64,000 nucleotides of DNA from an uncultured Armatimonadetes bacterium (GCA_963717145.1 OY970325.1:896001-960000), one strand, 5' to 3'. Positions 32,296 to 44,100 are shown, counted from the stretch's first letter. Notes: generated by a model not told the origin, from the letters alone. Made by a program: numbers and translations.

Positions 32296-33279
32296 ATGAG
32301 GCGAACTGATATAGAATCCGTCATGTTCCCGGTGGAGATGCGTCCGATGCAGTATGTTGGCGCGGATGGTGTCCCCAGAAGTGTCTACACCCACAAGGCG
32401 GTGGTTGACGTGCACAGCGGGCAGACCCTGGGAGTGGTCGGGAATGCGTACCGCCTGGTCACGAATCAGGAGGCTCTTGACCACGGCAGGGAGTGCGCCC
32501 GTCTCCTGTTCAAGAAGACGAAGCCGGAGGACTTCGAAGTCTTCAACGTCTATGCACCAAGCAGGCTGTCCTTCTGCCAGATAGATCTGGTGCACAAGGG
32601 CTATGAGGTCAACGTCTACCGATCCGAGGTCTATCTGCCACTTGTTCGGATCACGAACAGTTACAATGGCAGCCGCGCCCTCCGCTTCGATGTCGGCTAC
32701 TGCCGCAAGCTCTGCTTGAATGGTGTGATCTTCGAGAAGCAGACCATCCAGTTCAGGTTCAGCCATTCGCAGTCTGCTATCCGCCCTGAGTTGGACTTCC
32801 GTATCCGAAGGGGTCAGATGGAGAGCCTGCGCAAGAAGTTCGAGAGCAACGTATCGCGTCTGGCGGGATATCCGATCCCCGATGACATGGCAGGGCCTCT
32901 GTTATTCAGAGCAATGGAGTTTCCCCTTCCGCCGAAGGGAAACGGCAATGCTTATGTGCGAAAGGTCCTGGCTTATCTTGAGCTGCGAGCCAGGGCTCAT
33001 GTCCTCATAATCTCTTACTTCCATTCGCTAGGGTCCAACGCCTACGCGCTTTTCAACGCAATGACGGACTTCGCGTCGCATCCGCCGGAGATAACTGGAT
33101 TCACCCGGACGCGGCATACGATGCAGCGGACTGCAGGATCATGGAGCGAGTCGTTTGCCACAAAGATAGGGAGGAACGGCGGGCTCGACCTGAAGGAATA
33201 TCTCGGTGATTACGCAGAGGTTGACTCATGGTCTCCCCCTCTGCCAAATGAACAACTTCAGATGGAGCCGTGGATATGA
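32296..33279 (+). CDS. DUF932/DUF945-family mobile-element protein
   Basis: GGAGG RBS; LGVVGNAYRLVTN, NSYNGS, RKLCLNG, YALFNAMT. Confidence 0.8.
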   Translation: MRRTDIESVMFPVEMRPMQYVGADGVPRSVYTHKAVVDVHSGQTLGVVGNAYRLVTNQEALDHGRECARLLFKKTKPEDFEVFNVYAPSRLSFCQIDLVHKGYEVNVYRSEVYLPLVRITNSYNGSRALRFDVGYCRKLCLNGVIFEKQTIQFRFSHSQSAIRPELDFRIRRGQMESLRKKFESNVSRLAGYPIPDDMAGPLLFRAMEFPLPPKGNGNAYVRKVLAYLELRARAHVLIISYFHSLGSNAYALFNAMTDFASHPPEITGFTRTRHTMQRTAGSWSESFATKIGRNGGLDLKEYLGDYAEVDSWSPPLPNEQLQMEPWI

Positions 33280-33933
33280 GTTCGTTTTGGTTGATCCAGA
33301 TAAGTGGAACTGGGAACTCCCTGCTGTCAGAGCGCAACTCAAACCAGGAGTGGATATCCTGGATTGGAACTGCGCTTTGTGGACCGTAGAGCGAGTCGAG
33401 GAGCATGAGCCGTTTTTGAGAACTGGTGTCGCCTGGTGGAGACGAGCCATCCGGAGCGACAACACTAGGCCGGGCGGCTGATCTGCGAAGAGCAGACCCT
33501 GACGTGGGCTGAGATGAACAAGAAGAATATGTTCATCTACAAGCGCGAGTGAACCTGGGCCGCAGGAGGGGGCACACGTTCCCGGAATGGAATAACAGAC
33601 ATGCCTGATCTGAGCTAGGTAGGGTACGAGGCGGCGTCGGTTAAGAGCCAATTGGAGTACAACGAGAAGTGGCTGCAGACCCAGGCAGAGCGGGGCGATC
33701 ATCTGGTTTTCCGGATTCGCAAGAACCACATAGAGAGACACCGCGATCTGCTGAAGGAGTTCTTCCCCCGGAGCTACCAAGAGAACTTGGACCAGGCACG
33801 GATCGCGACGAATGGGAAGGGCACATACATGAAGTTATCGAAGCGCCCGAGGCTGTCCCCTCCCTCGTCGGCCGCGTACTGGATGACGCTGTTCAACCGC
33901 TGGAAGGCCTTCTAACGGAATAAGAGAAAAGAC

Positions 33934-34527
33934 ATGAAAGATCAGTATTTCGGGGACAACCGGGACCTAGTGAAATGGTCGACGCTGCTGCACTTGGCAG
34001 ATATGTTCGGCGCTGCGAGTATCCTGCAGATCGCCTACTGCCGGCCGACCTCATGGGGGCGTATCAAGGTCGGTGAGGACCACATTGAGATTCGTCCTGA
34101 GGTCCTGACACACTTTAGGGATATCCGGAACGCCAAGGCGATTTGCTCGCGAGCAAAGATCAGAGTGTTCGATATGGCGTTCACCATCGACCGTGATGCT
34201 TACCACGCCGCAGCCTTGCAGTTCATAGCTGAGCGCCGGAGCGAAAGATGCATAGTCTTCCTCGATCCGGACACAGGACTTGAGCCAGGTGACTGCAGGC
34301 TCGAACATGTATCGGAGCGCGAAGTCGCCGAGATATGGGTGAGCCTCCAGCACGGAGATGTGCTCGCCTTGTATCAGCATCAAACGAATCGTAGTGGCCG
34401 ACCGTGGATCGAGCCCAAGCGACAGCAGTTGGCCCTCGCGATCGGCGCCAAGTCGGATCGGGTATGCATCGCTCGCGGCGCGGACATCGCAAGGGATGTA
34501 GTTCTCTTCTTCTGCCAGAAGCGGTGA
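33934..34527 (+). CDS. Conserved hypothetical protein, possible methyltransferase-like fold
   Basis: MKDQYFGD..D..K start and VFLDPDTGL motif, YQH. Confidence 0.6.
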   Translation: MKDQYFGDNRDLVKWSTLLHLADMFGAASILQIAYCRPTSWGRIKVGEDHIEIRPEVLTHFRDIRNAKAICSRAKIRVFDMAFTIDRDAYHAAALQFIAERRSERCIVFLDPDTGLEPGDCRLEHVSEREVAEIWVSLQHGDVLALYQHQTNRSGRPWIEPKRQQLALAIGAKSDRVCIARGADIARDVVLFFCQKR

Positions 34528-34570
34528 TCCCGAACTGCAGACGATCACTCAAGCATAGGAGGAATTCAGG

Positions 34571-35503
34571 ATGGACGACGATCTGATGTGGGAGGATGAG
34601 GAGGAGGATGATACCCCGGCGGGCTCCCCGGATTGGTTCGTGCAGGATAGCACCTGCCCCACGTGTTGGCGGAACACGCTCGTCAAGTGGGATAGCATGC
34701 ATTGCATCATGAGCTTCTGTGAGAACTGCGGGCGATTCATCATTAACGAGGGTTGCTGCAAGGGACTGCGGGCTGATCAGACGGGACTTCTGCACCTCAA
34801 GGCAGAGCGCTGGCTTCGTGAAACCAATGAACACGACGAGATTCGCTTTCTGTCCTTGCATCCAGAGCAGATTGACGATCCCGAAATCGCGAAATGTATG
34901 GACCTTCAGACGCTCGCAGGCATGTACGAAAGCTCGGGCAGCAGAGAAGAATACGATCAGACGCTCATCAAACTGGCAGCATTCGCAATGACGAACAAAG
35001 GCCGCTTCTACCTCCACGAGGTGACGCATCTCTTCCCGAGTGTACAGTACGAGGAGTCTCTGCTCATGCTCTCCCGGATGGAGCATGGAAGGCACGTCGC
35101 AAAGGTGCCTGAGCTGGGCGACATGTTCTTTGTCGCAGACGAAGGGATTGCGTACCTGAGACAGCAGATCCACCACCGAAATGAGCAGTCATCCTCAGTG
35201 GTCGAGAGCACCAGCGTGAACGTCCCGCGAAAGGGTGTAGATGCTGCCCGCCACACCCCCGACTATCGGTCTGTTTGCTGGAGAGGTCGCCTCTATACCT
35301 TTACACCGATGCAGGCGCTCGCGGTCAAGTGTCTCTGGGAAGCACACGACGAGAATACTCCAGACCTTGGTGAAAAGCACATCCTCGAGAAGGTGCTCGA
35401 GACTACCCAGACAAGGTTGAGAGACGTATTCAAGAGACACCCTGCATGGAAGAAGCTGATCGTCCACGGACGTACTCGTGGCACGTATCGGCTGGCCATC
35501 TGA
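34571..35503 (+). CDS. Hypothetical protein with N-terminal CxxC pairs and a C-terminal winged-HTH-like domain
   Basis: AGGAGG RBS; CPTC..CENC; DYRSV.WRG..YTFTPMQA..V..LWEA..RLRDVFK..G.YRL. Confidence 0.65.
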   Translation: MDDDLMWEDEEEDDTPAGSPDWFVQDSTCPTCWRNTLVKWDSMHCIMSFCENCGRFIINEGCCKGLRADQTGLLHLKAERWLRETNEHDEIRFLSLHPEQIDDPEIAKCMDLQTLAGMYESSGSREEYDQTLIKLAAFAMTNKGRFYLHEVTHLFPSVQYEESLLMLSRMEHGRHVAKVPELGDMFFVADEGIAYLRQQIHHRNEQSSSVVESTSVNVPRKGVDAARHTPDYRSVCWRGRLYTFTPMQALAVKCLWEAHDENTPDLGEKHILEKVLETTQTRLRDVFKRHPAWKKLIVHGRTRGTYRLAI

Positions 35504-35518
35504 ACCTGGATCCCCGGA

Positions 35519-35561
35519 TTACCCCACGAAATACCCACTGAAATACCCCACTTAGCTACCC
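35519..35561 (+). repeat. Three to four short direct repeats (AAATACCCCAC-like), spaced about one helical turn apart
   Basis: TTACCCCACGA AATACCCACTGA AATACCCCACTTA GCTACCC. Confidence 0.6.
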
Positions 35562-35845
35562 TGACTCCTGCTCCGAGACATGCTAGGCTACAGGAAGAAG
35601 AACGCCTGGCTGGTCATCGTCTGGAGAGGTCACCAGCGGGACTGAGGCTGATGCCCCGGGTGGACTCTCGGCAGGTCGGAGTACGGCGGCGTTCATGTTA
35701 CCTTGGCGAGTTGAAACGTCGAGAGTTGGACTGCCTCGGTGAGCGACAAACAGCGACAGAGATTGGCGATCAGGCGAACGTCATCAGAAGTACCGCGTGT
35801 GCCTGCGGCTTTCGGTTGTGGCACTGGGCGTAGCACGGCGGAGAA

Positions 35846-36139
35846 GTGAGAATGGCCGCTCGGCACTCGATAACCGTGATGGCGGAAACGGCTCAGGACA
35901 CCGGAACCAACCCTCCGGGGTCTCTTGACACGTTTGTCGAGTGTCTTCGAGACGACCGCCTTAGTCGATGGTGTCAAGAGGTGCGGCGCACGATCGCCGA
36001 TAACCGGCGCACGGCTATGCCAACGGTGACGACCTGTCGCGATGAGAGGGCGGACAAAGCGCGGGAGATCGAGGACCAGATCCGCGAGCTCCAGCGGGAG
36101 CTTCAAGGACTGAAAGTAGGAGGACATGATGTCGGGTAG
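35846..36139 (+). CDS. Small hypothetical protein with a C-terminal coiled coil
   Basis: AREIEDQIRELQRELQGL; overlaps the primase start and its RBS. Confidence 0.4.
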   Translation: MRMAARHSITVMAETAQDTGTNPPGSLDTFVECLRDDRLSRWCQEVRRTIADNRRTAMPTVTTCRDERADKAREIEDQIRELQRELQGLKVGGHDVG

Positions 36140-38722
36140 AGACGGGAAACCACGGACCGGGGATCCAGGCTCGCCAGGATCGAAACAGGAAGTCTGCGAA
36201 TCCAGGGGCACGAGCGTACAGTCCCCACCGGAAGTGGATTCCTACCAGGGCTTGGATCTCTTACCTCAACATGCTCGAATGTTGGCCGAGTCCCGTATAT
36301 CAGCAGAGGTTGCGGCTGCTCGTGGCTATCGGTCGGTTACCAAGAAATGCCGGCCGGCCTCCCTGGGATTCAGTCGATATCAGCAGCGTGTGCCTGCCCT
36401 GCTGGTGCCGATCTGGGACGCAGCCGGCATTCTCAGCACCCATCAAGCCCGACCGGATACTCCGAGAACGAATAGGGGCAAGGAGATCAAGTACGAGACT
36501 CCCGCCAAGTCCCATATGGTGATAGACGTTCACCCTGCCATTCGGAAGGATATCGGGAACCCGAAGCTGCCTCTGTTCATTACGGAGGGCATCAAGAAGG
36601 CCGATGCCGCTATCACGTTAGGACTGTGCTGCATTGCCTTGCTCGGTGTCTGGAATTGGCGCGGTACGAACGACGCTGGAGGCAAGACAGCTCTGCCAGA
36701 CTGGGAAGCCATTGCACTAAACGGCAGGGTGGTCTATGTGGTCTTTGACAGCGACCTTTCAGTCAAGCCCGAAGTGCACAACGCGCTTGTGCGGCTCAGC
36801 GCATTCCTAGGATCGAGAGGCGCAAGTGTGGCAGTCATCTACCTCCCTGCGGGGCAGGGCGGCTGCAAGGTTGGGTTGGATGACTACTTCGCGTCCGCAA
36901 ATCCGCAGACGATCTACTCCTACTTGCATCCACCAAGATCCACAAGCAGGATGCCGTGGCCTCTGAGTCAATAGGAGTTACCGAGGCCATGCCCGGATGC
37001 CCGGTAGACTCGGGTCTCATAGTACCGCCCGGCTACGATCTCAGCGATAACGGTGTCATTCAGGCGTCCACTCACTTCACAGCTGCCGGCGAACCGGTGG
37101 AGAAACGACACATTGTTGCCCTTGCGCCGGTTGTGATCTCCGAGAGGCTGATCGATGTTAACGACGGACACGAGAGATTGGAGGTTCAATGGCTACGGGA
37201 TGGGCGATGGAAAGAGCATACGGCAGACCGCGCGGCGATCATGGATACGCGTCAACTAGTCGGGCTGTCTGCTGTCGGGTTGCCGGTCTATAGCGGGAAC
37301 GCGAAGGAGCTTCAGGAATACTTAGTGCATTTCGAGGTCTGCAATCTCAAGACACTGCCTCTTGCTCTTGTCTCTTCAAATCTTGGTTGGCAAGGTCGAC
37401 ACGGTGAGGCCGGCTTCCTGTGGGGTCGGACACTAATCGACGATGCGAAGAAGCCGGCGGGCAATGGTATAAGCTTTGAGGGATCCGATGAGGGCGGGGA
37501 GGAAGTCGCAGATGGCTTCATCCAGAGTGGCTCGTTTGACGGTTGGCTTGAAGGGGTGGCGCCAATCGCAGATCATCCGCGTGTGCTTCTCGGGCTGTAC
37601 GCCTCCCTTGCCAGTCCTCTGCTCTTACTGCTTGGTTGCCCCAACTTCGTCGTAGACTGGTGCGGTCCCACCTCCCGAGGAAAGACAACGACTCTTCGAG
37701 TGGCAGCGTCGGTTTGGGGCAACCCCATCGAGCGATCCCGAGGCTCTTGTCTCTTCGCTTGGGATAGCACGCGCGTCTGGATTGAGAGAGCGGCAGCCAT
37801 GTTGAACGGCCTACCTCTGATCTTGGATGACACCAAGCGAGCGAAGAAGGCGACGGATGTGGCACAGACACTTTATGACTTCGCCGGGGGGCAGGGCAGG
37901 GGGCGAGGAAGCATCAAGGGGACACGGCGAAGGGGTTCATGGGCAAGTATCCTACTCAGCAGCGGCGAAGCCCCGGCTGTAAGCTTCACCCAGGACGGAG
38001 GAACGGTTGCGCGATGCCTTGAGGTATGGGGCTCGCCATTCGGACGGGCTGATGAAAACAACGCCGAACTGGTTGCCAGGCTGAACCTAGCCGCAAGGGA
38101 CAACTTCGGATGGGCAGGGCCCGAGTTCGTTCAGGTTGTTCTTGATAGCCGCCAGGACTGGGAGGGATGGCGATCGGAATATCGCCGTGTTCAAGCGCAT
38201 TACGTGGAGAGGGCCGGCTCAAACTCAGTGGGCATCCGGTATGCAGAATACGTCGGCCTGATTGACGTTGCGGCCAGGCTCGCTACCGCTGCCCTTGAGC
38301 TCCCCTGGGGATATCGGGATGTCATTGATGCTGTATGGGATGATCTCCTCGGCGAATCGGTCTCGGCCGATCGAGCGGTGGAGGCTCTGCGGCTTGTGTC
38401 GAGTTGGGCGCAGAGTCACCCATCTGCATTCTACGCTCGGTTGACTGCAGGCAATCAGCGAGACCCCGCCCAGGGATGGGCAGGACGCTGGGAATCGTCA
38501 GAGGACTGGGAGGATATAGCATTCTTCCCTGGTCGGCTTGAGACTATTCTGAGGGACGGAGGCTTTGAACCCGAGCCGATTTTGAGAGCATGGAAGGATC
38601 GCGCATTCCTTGATTGCAGCTCCGACACGGCCACGCGGAGGACCAAGAGGGTTCGGATCGACCGTGAGCCTGTCTGGTGCATTGTCATACGCCGCATTGC
38701 GATAGAGGAAGCGGGAGGGTAG
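36126..38722 (+). CDS. DUF3854 (Toprim) primase fused to a DUF927 (Cch-like) helicase, single frameshift near 36897
   Basis: QARPD, KYE, ITEGIKKAD, FDSD, KVGLDDY; GPTSRGKTT, LILDD, GQGRGRG, SSGE; one added base joins the frames (FAS-x-KSADDLLLLA...VASESIG). Confidence 0.85.
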
Positions 38723-38732
38723 AGTGTTGGAG

Positions 38733-39043
38733 TGGGAACAATGGGAACAGTGTGGGAACCATTGTGGGAACTGGGTTGTGCTGATATCATTAGGTTTGTC
38801 AGTCTTGTTCCCATGTTCCCACAGTCAGTGCAGCTTCCTAAAAGCGCTCGGGCATACGCGTTCTTGACCTGCCGGAAGGCTCTCGGGAAGCATGCGGTTT
38901 CATTTCTCCAAGGGATAAGGCTGTTTCTCGCGGGAACAGCGGGAACGTGGGAACAAATGCGCTTCCCTGCCGGTGATCACGCATGAGTACTCCATATATC
39001 AGCGGTGTAGGGCGTTCCCAGAGGCGTTCCCGATATGTTCCCA
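38733..39043. repeat. Twelve GGGAAC/GTTCCC iterons in two convergent blocks; putative replication origin
   Basis: Four forward (38733-38771), two reverse (38807-38821), three forward (38932-38954), three reverse (39014-39042). Confidence 0.8.
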
Positions 39044-39401
39044 CTCGCAGCCGAAGGGTGGGTAGCTTAGAGTGGATTGGCCTGCTTGATGTATGGAATG
39101 CACATCAATCGCCATCTCGTGGTGCTCAAGCTGCAGAACTGCCGACGACGGTGCGATCTCCAGAGCCTTCGCAACCTTGTTTCAACTGTGGTACGGGACA
39201 TGACTGGCGATGGGAACCGGTCACGGCCATGAGTCCGAGGGGTACATGGGTGTGCAACTCGTGCAGTCATGCGGCAGAGGGGTAGGGGATGACTGCTCCT
39301 CCAGATACCGGACAGAATCGCGCGCGAATGACTGTTAGGAATGTTAAGGTTTGTATGGTAAACCGAGGCAACCCTCTCAACTGCACCAGCCTCAGACGTC
39401 T

Positions 39402-40379
39402 TCAAAGGCCGGCGGCAGTCGTGAAGTTAAAGGCGAAGGTGTCCGCCTCTCTGCGGTAGATGCCCAGGATGGCCCTGCTCTTGTGCCCAGTCTGCCGCAT
39501 GATCACCGTCTCGGCAGTGCCTGTGGCATACTGATCGGTCACGAACCCCGCCCGGAGGCTGTGCCCACTAACCTGCGCGGGATCGAGGCCGAACGCGGGC
39601 GCCAGACGCTTGAGTACCAAGCTCACGGCCTTGTCACTGAGCCGCATGGGCCGCACCTGGCCATTCTTAGTGATCGGTCGGAAGATCGGCCCTTCCTCGA
39701 TCTTGGATGCGCAGATCCATGCCTGCAGGGCCCTGACAGGGCAGGTCTGAGCCTTGAGGCCGTAGCCTATGCCCTTCAGGGTTCCTTCCCCCTCCTGGTC
39801 GGTCTTGCTGTGTCGGAGAATGATCCTGGCGCCTTCCGGACTGAAGGATACGTCCCCGACATCGAGAGAGACCAGTTCGGAGCGGCGAAACGCGCCCGCA
39901 TATCCCACTAGCAGGATGGCCCGATCTCTGAGGCTCTGCATGGATCCATCGGATAGCCTCGGCGCAACCTCCCGGAGTTGGCTCGCCCGGATGGCCGTCT
40001 TCCGGTTCTGGCTCACTCCCACCGTGCGCTTAATGCCCTTCAGAGTGTCCCGTACCTCGGCGGTCCTGGTCGGCGACTCATGCCCGGCAGCCTGGTGCGC
40101 TTTCGAGATGACAGCGAGCCTGCGTTCCAGTGTGGCAGGCTTCAGGATCGTGGCATGGTCGGCGAGGTAGAGGCGGACCGTCTTCGGGTGAGCGGGTAGG
40201 GTGGGTAGGCCGTGAGTGCCGCACCATCCCGAGAAGTGCTCCCAGTCCGATCGATACGCCCTCCTGGTACTGTCAGCGGTCGATGCCTGCAGGTAGTCGT
40301 CGGCCTGGGCGATCATCGGCGCAAGCGCCTTCGCGTTCGGCGTTCTGACGGGTAGCTTCGTCGCCTTGTCCTTTTCCAA
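39402..40379 (-). CDS. Tyrosine recombinase (Cre/XerD-like, SAM-like N-terminal domain)
   Basis: TRRAYRSDW, RDRAILLVGYAGAFRRSEL, SKTDQ, SGHSLRAG, QTGH, Y; GGAGG RBS. Confidence 0.95.
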   Translation of the reverse strand: MEKDKATKLPVRTPNAKALAPMIAQADDYLQASTADSTRRAYRSDWEHFSGWCGTHGLPTLPAHPKTVRLYLADHATILKPATLERRLAVISKAHQAAGHESPTRTAEVRDTLKGIKRTVGVSQNRKTAIRASQLREVAPRLSDGSMQSLRDRAILLVGYAGAFRRSELVSLDVGDVSFSPEGARIILRHSKTDQEGEGTLKGIGYGLKAQTCPVRALQAWICASKIEEGPIFRPITKNGQVRPMRLSDKAVSLVLKRLAPAFGLDPAQVSGHSLRAGFVTDQYATGTAETVIMRQTGHKSRAILGIYRREADTFAFNFTTAAGL

Positions 40380-40395
40380 TGTGGTGGCCTCCTTG

Positions 40396-40422
40396 GTTCT
40401 GATAACGTTAGCTTATCGGAAC
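40396..40422. promoter_or_regulatory. lox/res-like inverted repeat upstream of the tyrosine recombinase
   Basis: GTTCTGATAA-CGTTAGC-TTATCGGAAC (10-bp arms, one mismatch, asymmetric 7-bp spacer). Confidence 0.7.
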
Positions 40423-40436
40423 TAACCTCTGCCCGT

Positions 40437-40464
40437 ATTGTACCACATTGCCCCCCACTGTCAA
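40437..40464 (-). promoter_or_regulatory. Promoter of the tyrosine recombinase
   Basis: TTGACA-16 bp-TACAAT with an extended -10 TG. Confidence 0.6.
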
Positions 40465-40812
40465 ACGCTAGATGGACGGCAAAGCTAGCCCAGGAATGCC
40501 AAAGGATCTGACAGCGACGGCAGCAACGAGGGTGGGTAGAAGCTCGCCGTTTGTGGGCGGCTCACCGAGAAGGACCCGCAGACGAGCAGGAACAGCATCA
40601 GGAGATACCCACTCGCAGCAAGGCAAGCGATCGTTGAAAGGCTTCTCTCATAGCTTCCCGAGGTTGGGCGGCAGAGAGCAGGAACGCGGCCAATGCTATC
40701 GATAACCGCAACGACTGAACCATCTATCTTCCCACAGGAACCGGGACGCAGGCGACCAGCGAGTTCACGCCTGGTATATTTACCTGTTTTTGTGATTCCG
40801 CGGCCATACCTC

Positions 40813-40841
40813 TTGACAATTACCGTGCAGGTACATATACT
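40813..40841 (+). promoter_or_regulatory. Near-consensus sigma70 promoter of the giant gene
   Basis: TTGACA-17 bp-TATACT about 260 bp upstream of the ATG at 41104. Confidence 0.75.
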
Positions 40842-41103
40842 AGTCTCGATGCCGACAATGCGCTCGTCGGCTCATCCATCTCCGCCATCCTACCGCAGTA
40901 TTTTCCACACGCGGAGACCAGCAGTCTACTCTGTCGCCGCGTGCTCTCAAGGGGAAGCGACGGCTGCCAGAGGTTCACAGCAGAACAGTCTCTTGTACCA
41001 CCGATAGTGCAGGTCTGTGTGCTCGGCGGGCCGACCTGAAGACCAATTGTGGCGGCAGTAAGCGCCTCTTCGCAGACGACTCAACACCGGATGGGGGATC
41101 ACT

Positions 41104-44100
41104 ATGGCGAGAAGGCTACTATGCATCGCGACAGTCCTAGTACTGGCGACCTTCGCTCCCGTTTCACTACCAGCGGCGACTATCTACGTTGACGACGGTG
41201 CGACAGGGGCGGGCAATGGCTCTTCATGGGAGGACGCCCTCACCACCATCCAGGCTGCCATCAACACCGCATCTGCCGCAGACACCGTGGTCGTTGCCGC
41301 CGGGTTGTACACAGAAAACATCAACTTCAACGGGAAGGCGATCACCCTCACCAGCACCGATCCTCTCGACCCCGCGACTGTTGCTGCAACAATCATAGAC
41401 GGCAACCAGAGCGGGAGCGTCGTCACGTTCGACTCGGACGAGACATCGACTTCCGCGCTGACCGGGTTCACGATCCGGAACGGAAGCGGCACACTAGTCA
41501 ATGAAACGCGGTATGGCGGCGGAGTCTACTGCGCGGTAGGCTGCACCCCTACCATCAGACACAACAGCATCACAGGCAATTCAGCGGACATCGGTGGGGC
41601 TATCTATACTCGGGGGAATTCCGCTCCCACGATCACGAGCGGCCCGACTGCGGCCTACCCGTACGTTGGCGTCGGCAAGACGGTCGGCCTCTCGGTGACT
41701 GCTTCGGATCCCAATGGCGACCATTTGGTATACACCTGGACTTCTGGAGATAGCGGAACGATCACCGGCACTGGAAATGCTGTATTATTCTCGGCTGCCA
41801 CTGCCGGAGTACACAGCATCGATGTCACCGTTGACGACCCGCACGGGGGTATGGTAACCGGCACGCTGAGCGTGACAGTGATAGGCATCCGGATCCAGAC
41901 CCCGCTCCCACAGCTCGTTGCAGGCCAGCCCAGCACTCTGACGGCAATCACCACCCCATCGGTACCGAATTCCCCGGAGTACCCAGTGGCGATATCTTGG
42001 AGCATCATAGAGGGCCCTGCAGCCGGCTCGTTTGGCACCCCCGCAGCCGCTGAAACAACATTCGTACCATCTACGAGTGGACCTGGCCGCATGCAGGTCG
42101 AGTACCGAGTAGGAACCGCTACTACGGCACAGGTTCTGCCAATCGCACTCGATCCCATCGTTCTCTGCGTGGAACCGGCTTTCGGGACATTGGGAACGAC
42201 AGTCGAGGCAGCAATCAGCGGTCCTAACCTCGGGCGAATCACCGGCGTTTCGTTCACCGGAACTGGAGTAACGGCAATGATTCAGGATGGGCAGACTGAA
42301 GACCTCCTGCCCGTCCGGATCACAATCACCCAGAATGCCGACCCAGGCAGTCGCAGCATCGTTCTCACGACGCCGGAGGCGCAGTTCAACATTCCAGCGG
42401 CTTTCGGGATCAGGACGCCCCCACCGATCACGGCTGATCCGGCGAGTCTCAACCTGGTAGTCGGCAACACGGGGACAATAACCTTCTCCATCCCAGATCC
42501 CGCGCCAACCGGTGGAACCAACCTCGTCCTCTCAAGCTCAGCGCCGATAGTAGCCTCAGTGCCTGCCTCGGCAATGATCCCTGCCGGCCAAACATCTGTT
42601 GACATAACGGTGACCGGGATCGGCTACGGAACTACAACTATCACCGGGAATGCCACAGGTTACTACAAGGCCCAGGTACCCGTTGTGGTCATTAACCCCC
42701 CGATGATCGCCTTCTCGCCGTCTCCGTTCAGCGTCGCCGCGGGCCTGGTAGGGAAATGCACGATCAGCGTCTCCAACCCGGCGCCGGCCGGCGGTCTACC
42801 CGTGAACCTTAGCGCTGACGCCACGGAAGTCGAAATACCCGCTGTCCTCACGATTGCCGAGGGCAAGGCGAACGCGATTCTGAGTGTGAAGGGCATCGTA
42901 CAAGGTTCGACGACAATAACAGCAACCGCTTCAGGGTACCCGGACGCGAGTCTGCAGGTGACTGTCACGCCCGGACAGCTGAACTTGTTCCCAAGCTATC
43001 TGCCGATCGCTCTCGGTTGTTCATCGAGCCTGCAACTCACCCTTCCAGACTTCGCTCCGCCAGGCGGGCTTACCGTGAACCTTGCCAGTAGTGCTGTGTC
43101 GCACGTTGTGGTACCAGCGACGGTCACTATACAGGAAGGCGAAAGATCGACGTTCGTTCCCGTGAACGGCGTCGGGGTTGGTGGCGCTGACATCACCGCA
43201 GGCCTGACGAGCTTTGAGGGAGCGCAGGCGACAGTCAACGTCCTGGAAGCCTACAACATCTCGTTCATCCCGAGTTCTCTGTTCGTCACACCTGGGGCAA
43301 GTAGCGCCACCCAGGTCACAGCTTCTTCCCCGGCGCCACAAGGGGGACTGCTGGTCGCTCTCATAAGCCAATCGCCCGACAAGGTTTCGGTACCGGAGTC
43401 CGCGTTCATTCCTGAAGGGCAGTTCATGGCAGTCATCGAGGTGAACGGACTCGAGACAACTACCTCGCCTGTACAGGTGACCGCGTCCTGTCCGGGTCTG
43501 ACCGAAGGGCGACTGGACGTTACAGTCCATCCCATCTACCAGCCCTGGATCAAGACGGATGTCGTGGTGGGTGCGGGCTGTCGCACTACAGGGGCAGTAG
43601 GTCTGACCGGGGCAACGGCGCCTGCCGGCGGATACACGATCAACCTGACGAGCAACGATCCGACGATAGCAACTGTGCCTGCTACCGTGACAATACCGGC
43701 CGGTTCCAGCTGGACCTCATTCACGATTGTGGGCAAGTCAGCAGGCAGCACGGATATCATGGCATCGGTGGCAGGCTTCTCGGCTACAAGTGCTGTGACG
43801 GTGGCAAAACCTACCTTCGAGTGGATCAGTGTTCCGACTCAGATGACGCTGGGTGCAGGCACGAACGCGCAGGTGTACACTTGCGTGCCTAACGGGACGT
43901 ACTACGGCGACTACTACGGCACGCCGTACAAGTGGGGCAACACTCGCCAAAACATCGATCAGGCGGTCGCAGTAAGCCTGTCAAGCGAGAACCCGGCCGT
44001 GGTCCAGGTGCCGGCTGCTGCGACTATACCGGCGGGCGGCTATTCCACAGGTAATCTCGCCATGCAGGCAGTTGGGACAGGAACGAGCACTCTGACTGCG

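Noticed and set aside
33206-33915. Two short ORFs (33206-33481, 33652-33915) as genes
   Set aside because: No convincing starts or recognisable motifs; possibly gene remnants, so left unannotated
40470-40530. c-di-GMP-I riboswitch suggested by GGACGGCAAAGC
   Set aside because: The other conserved elements and stems could not be identified
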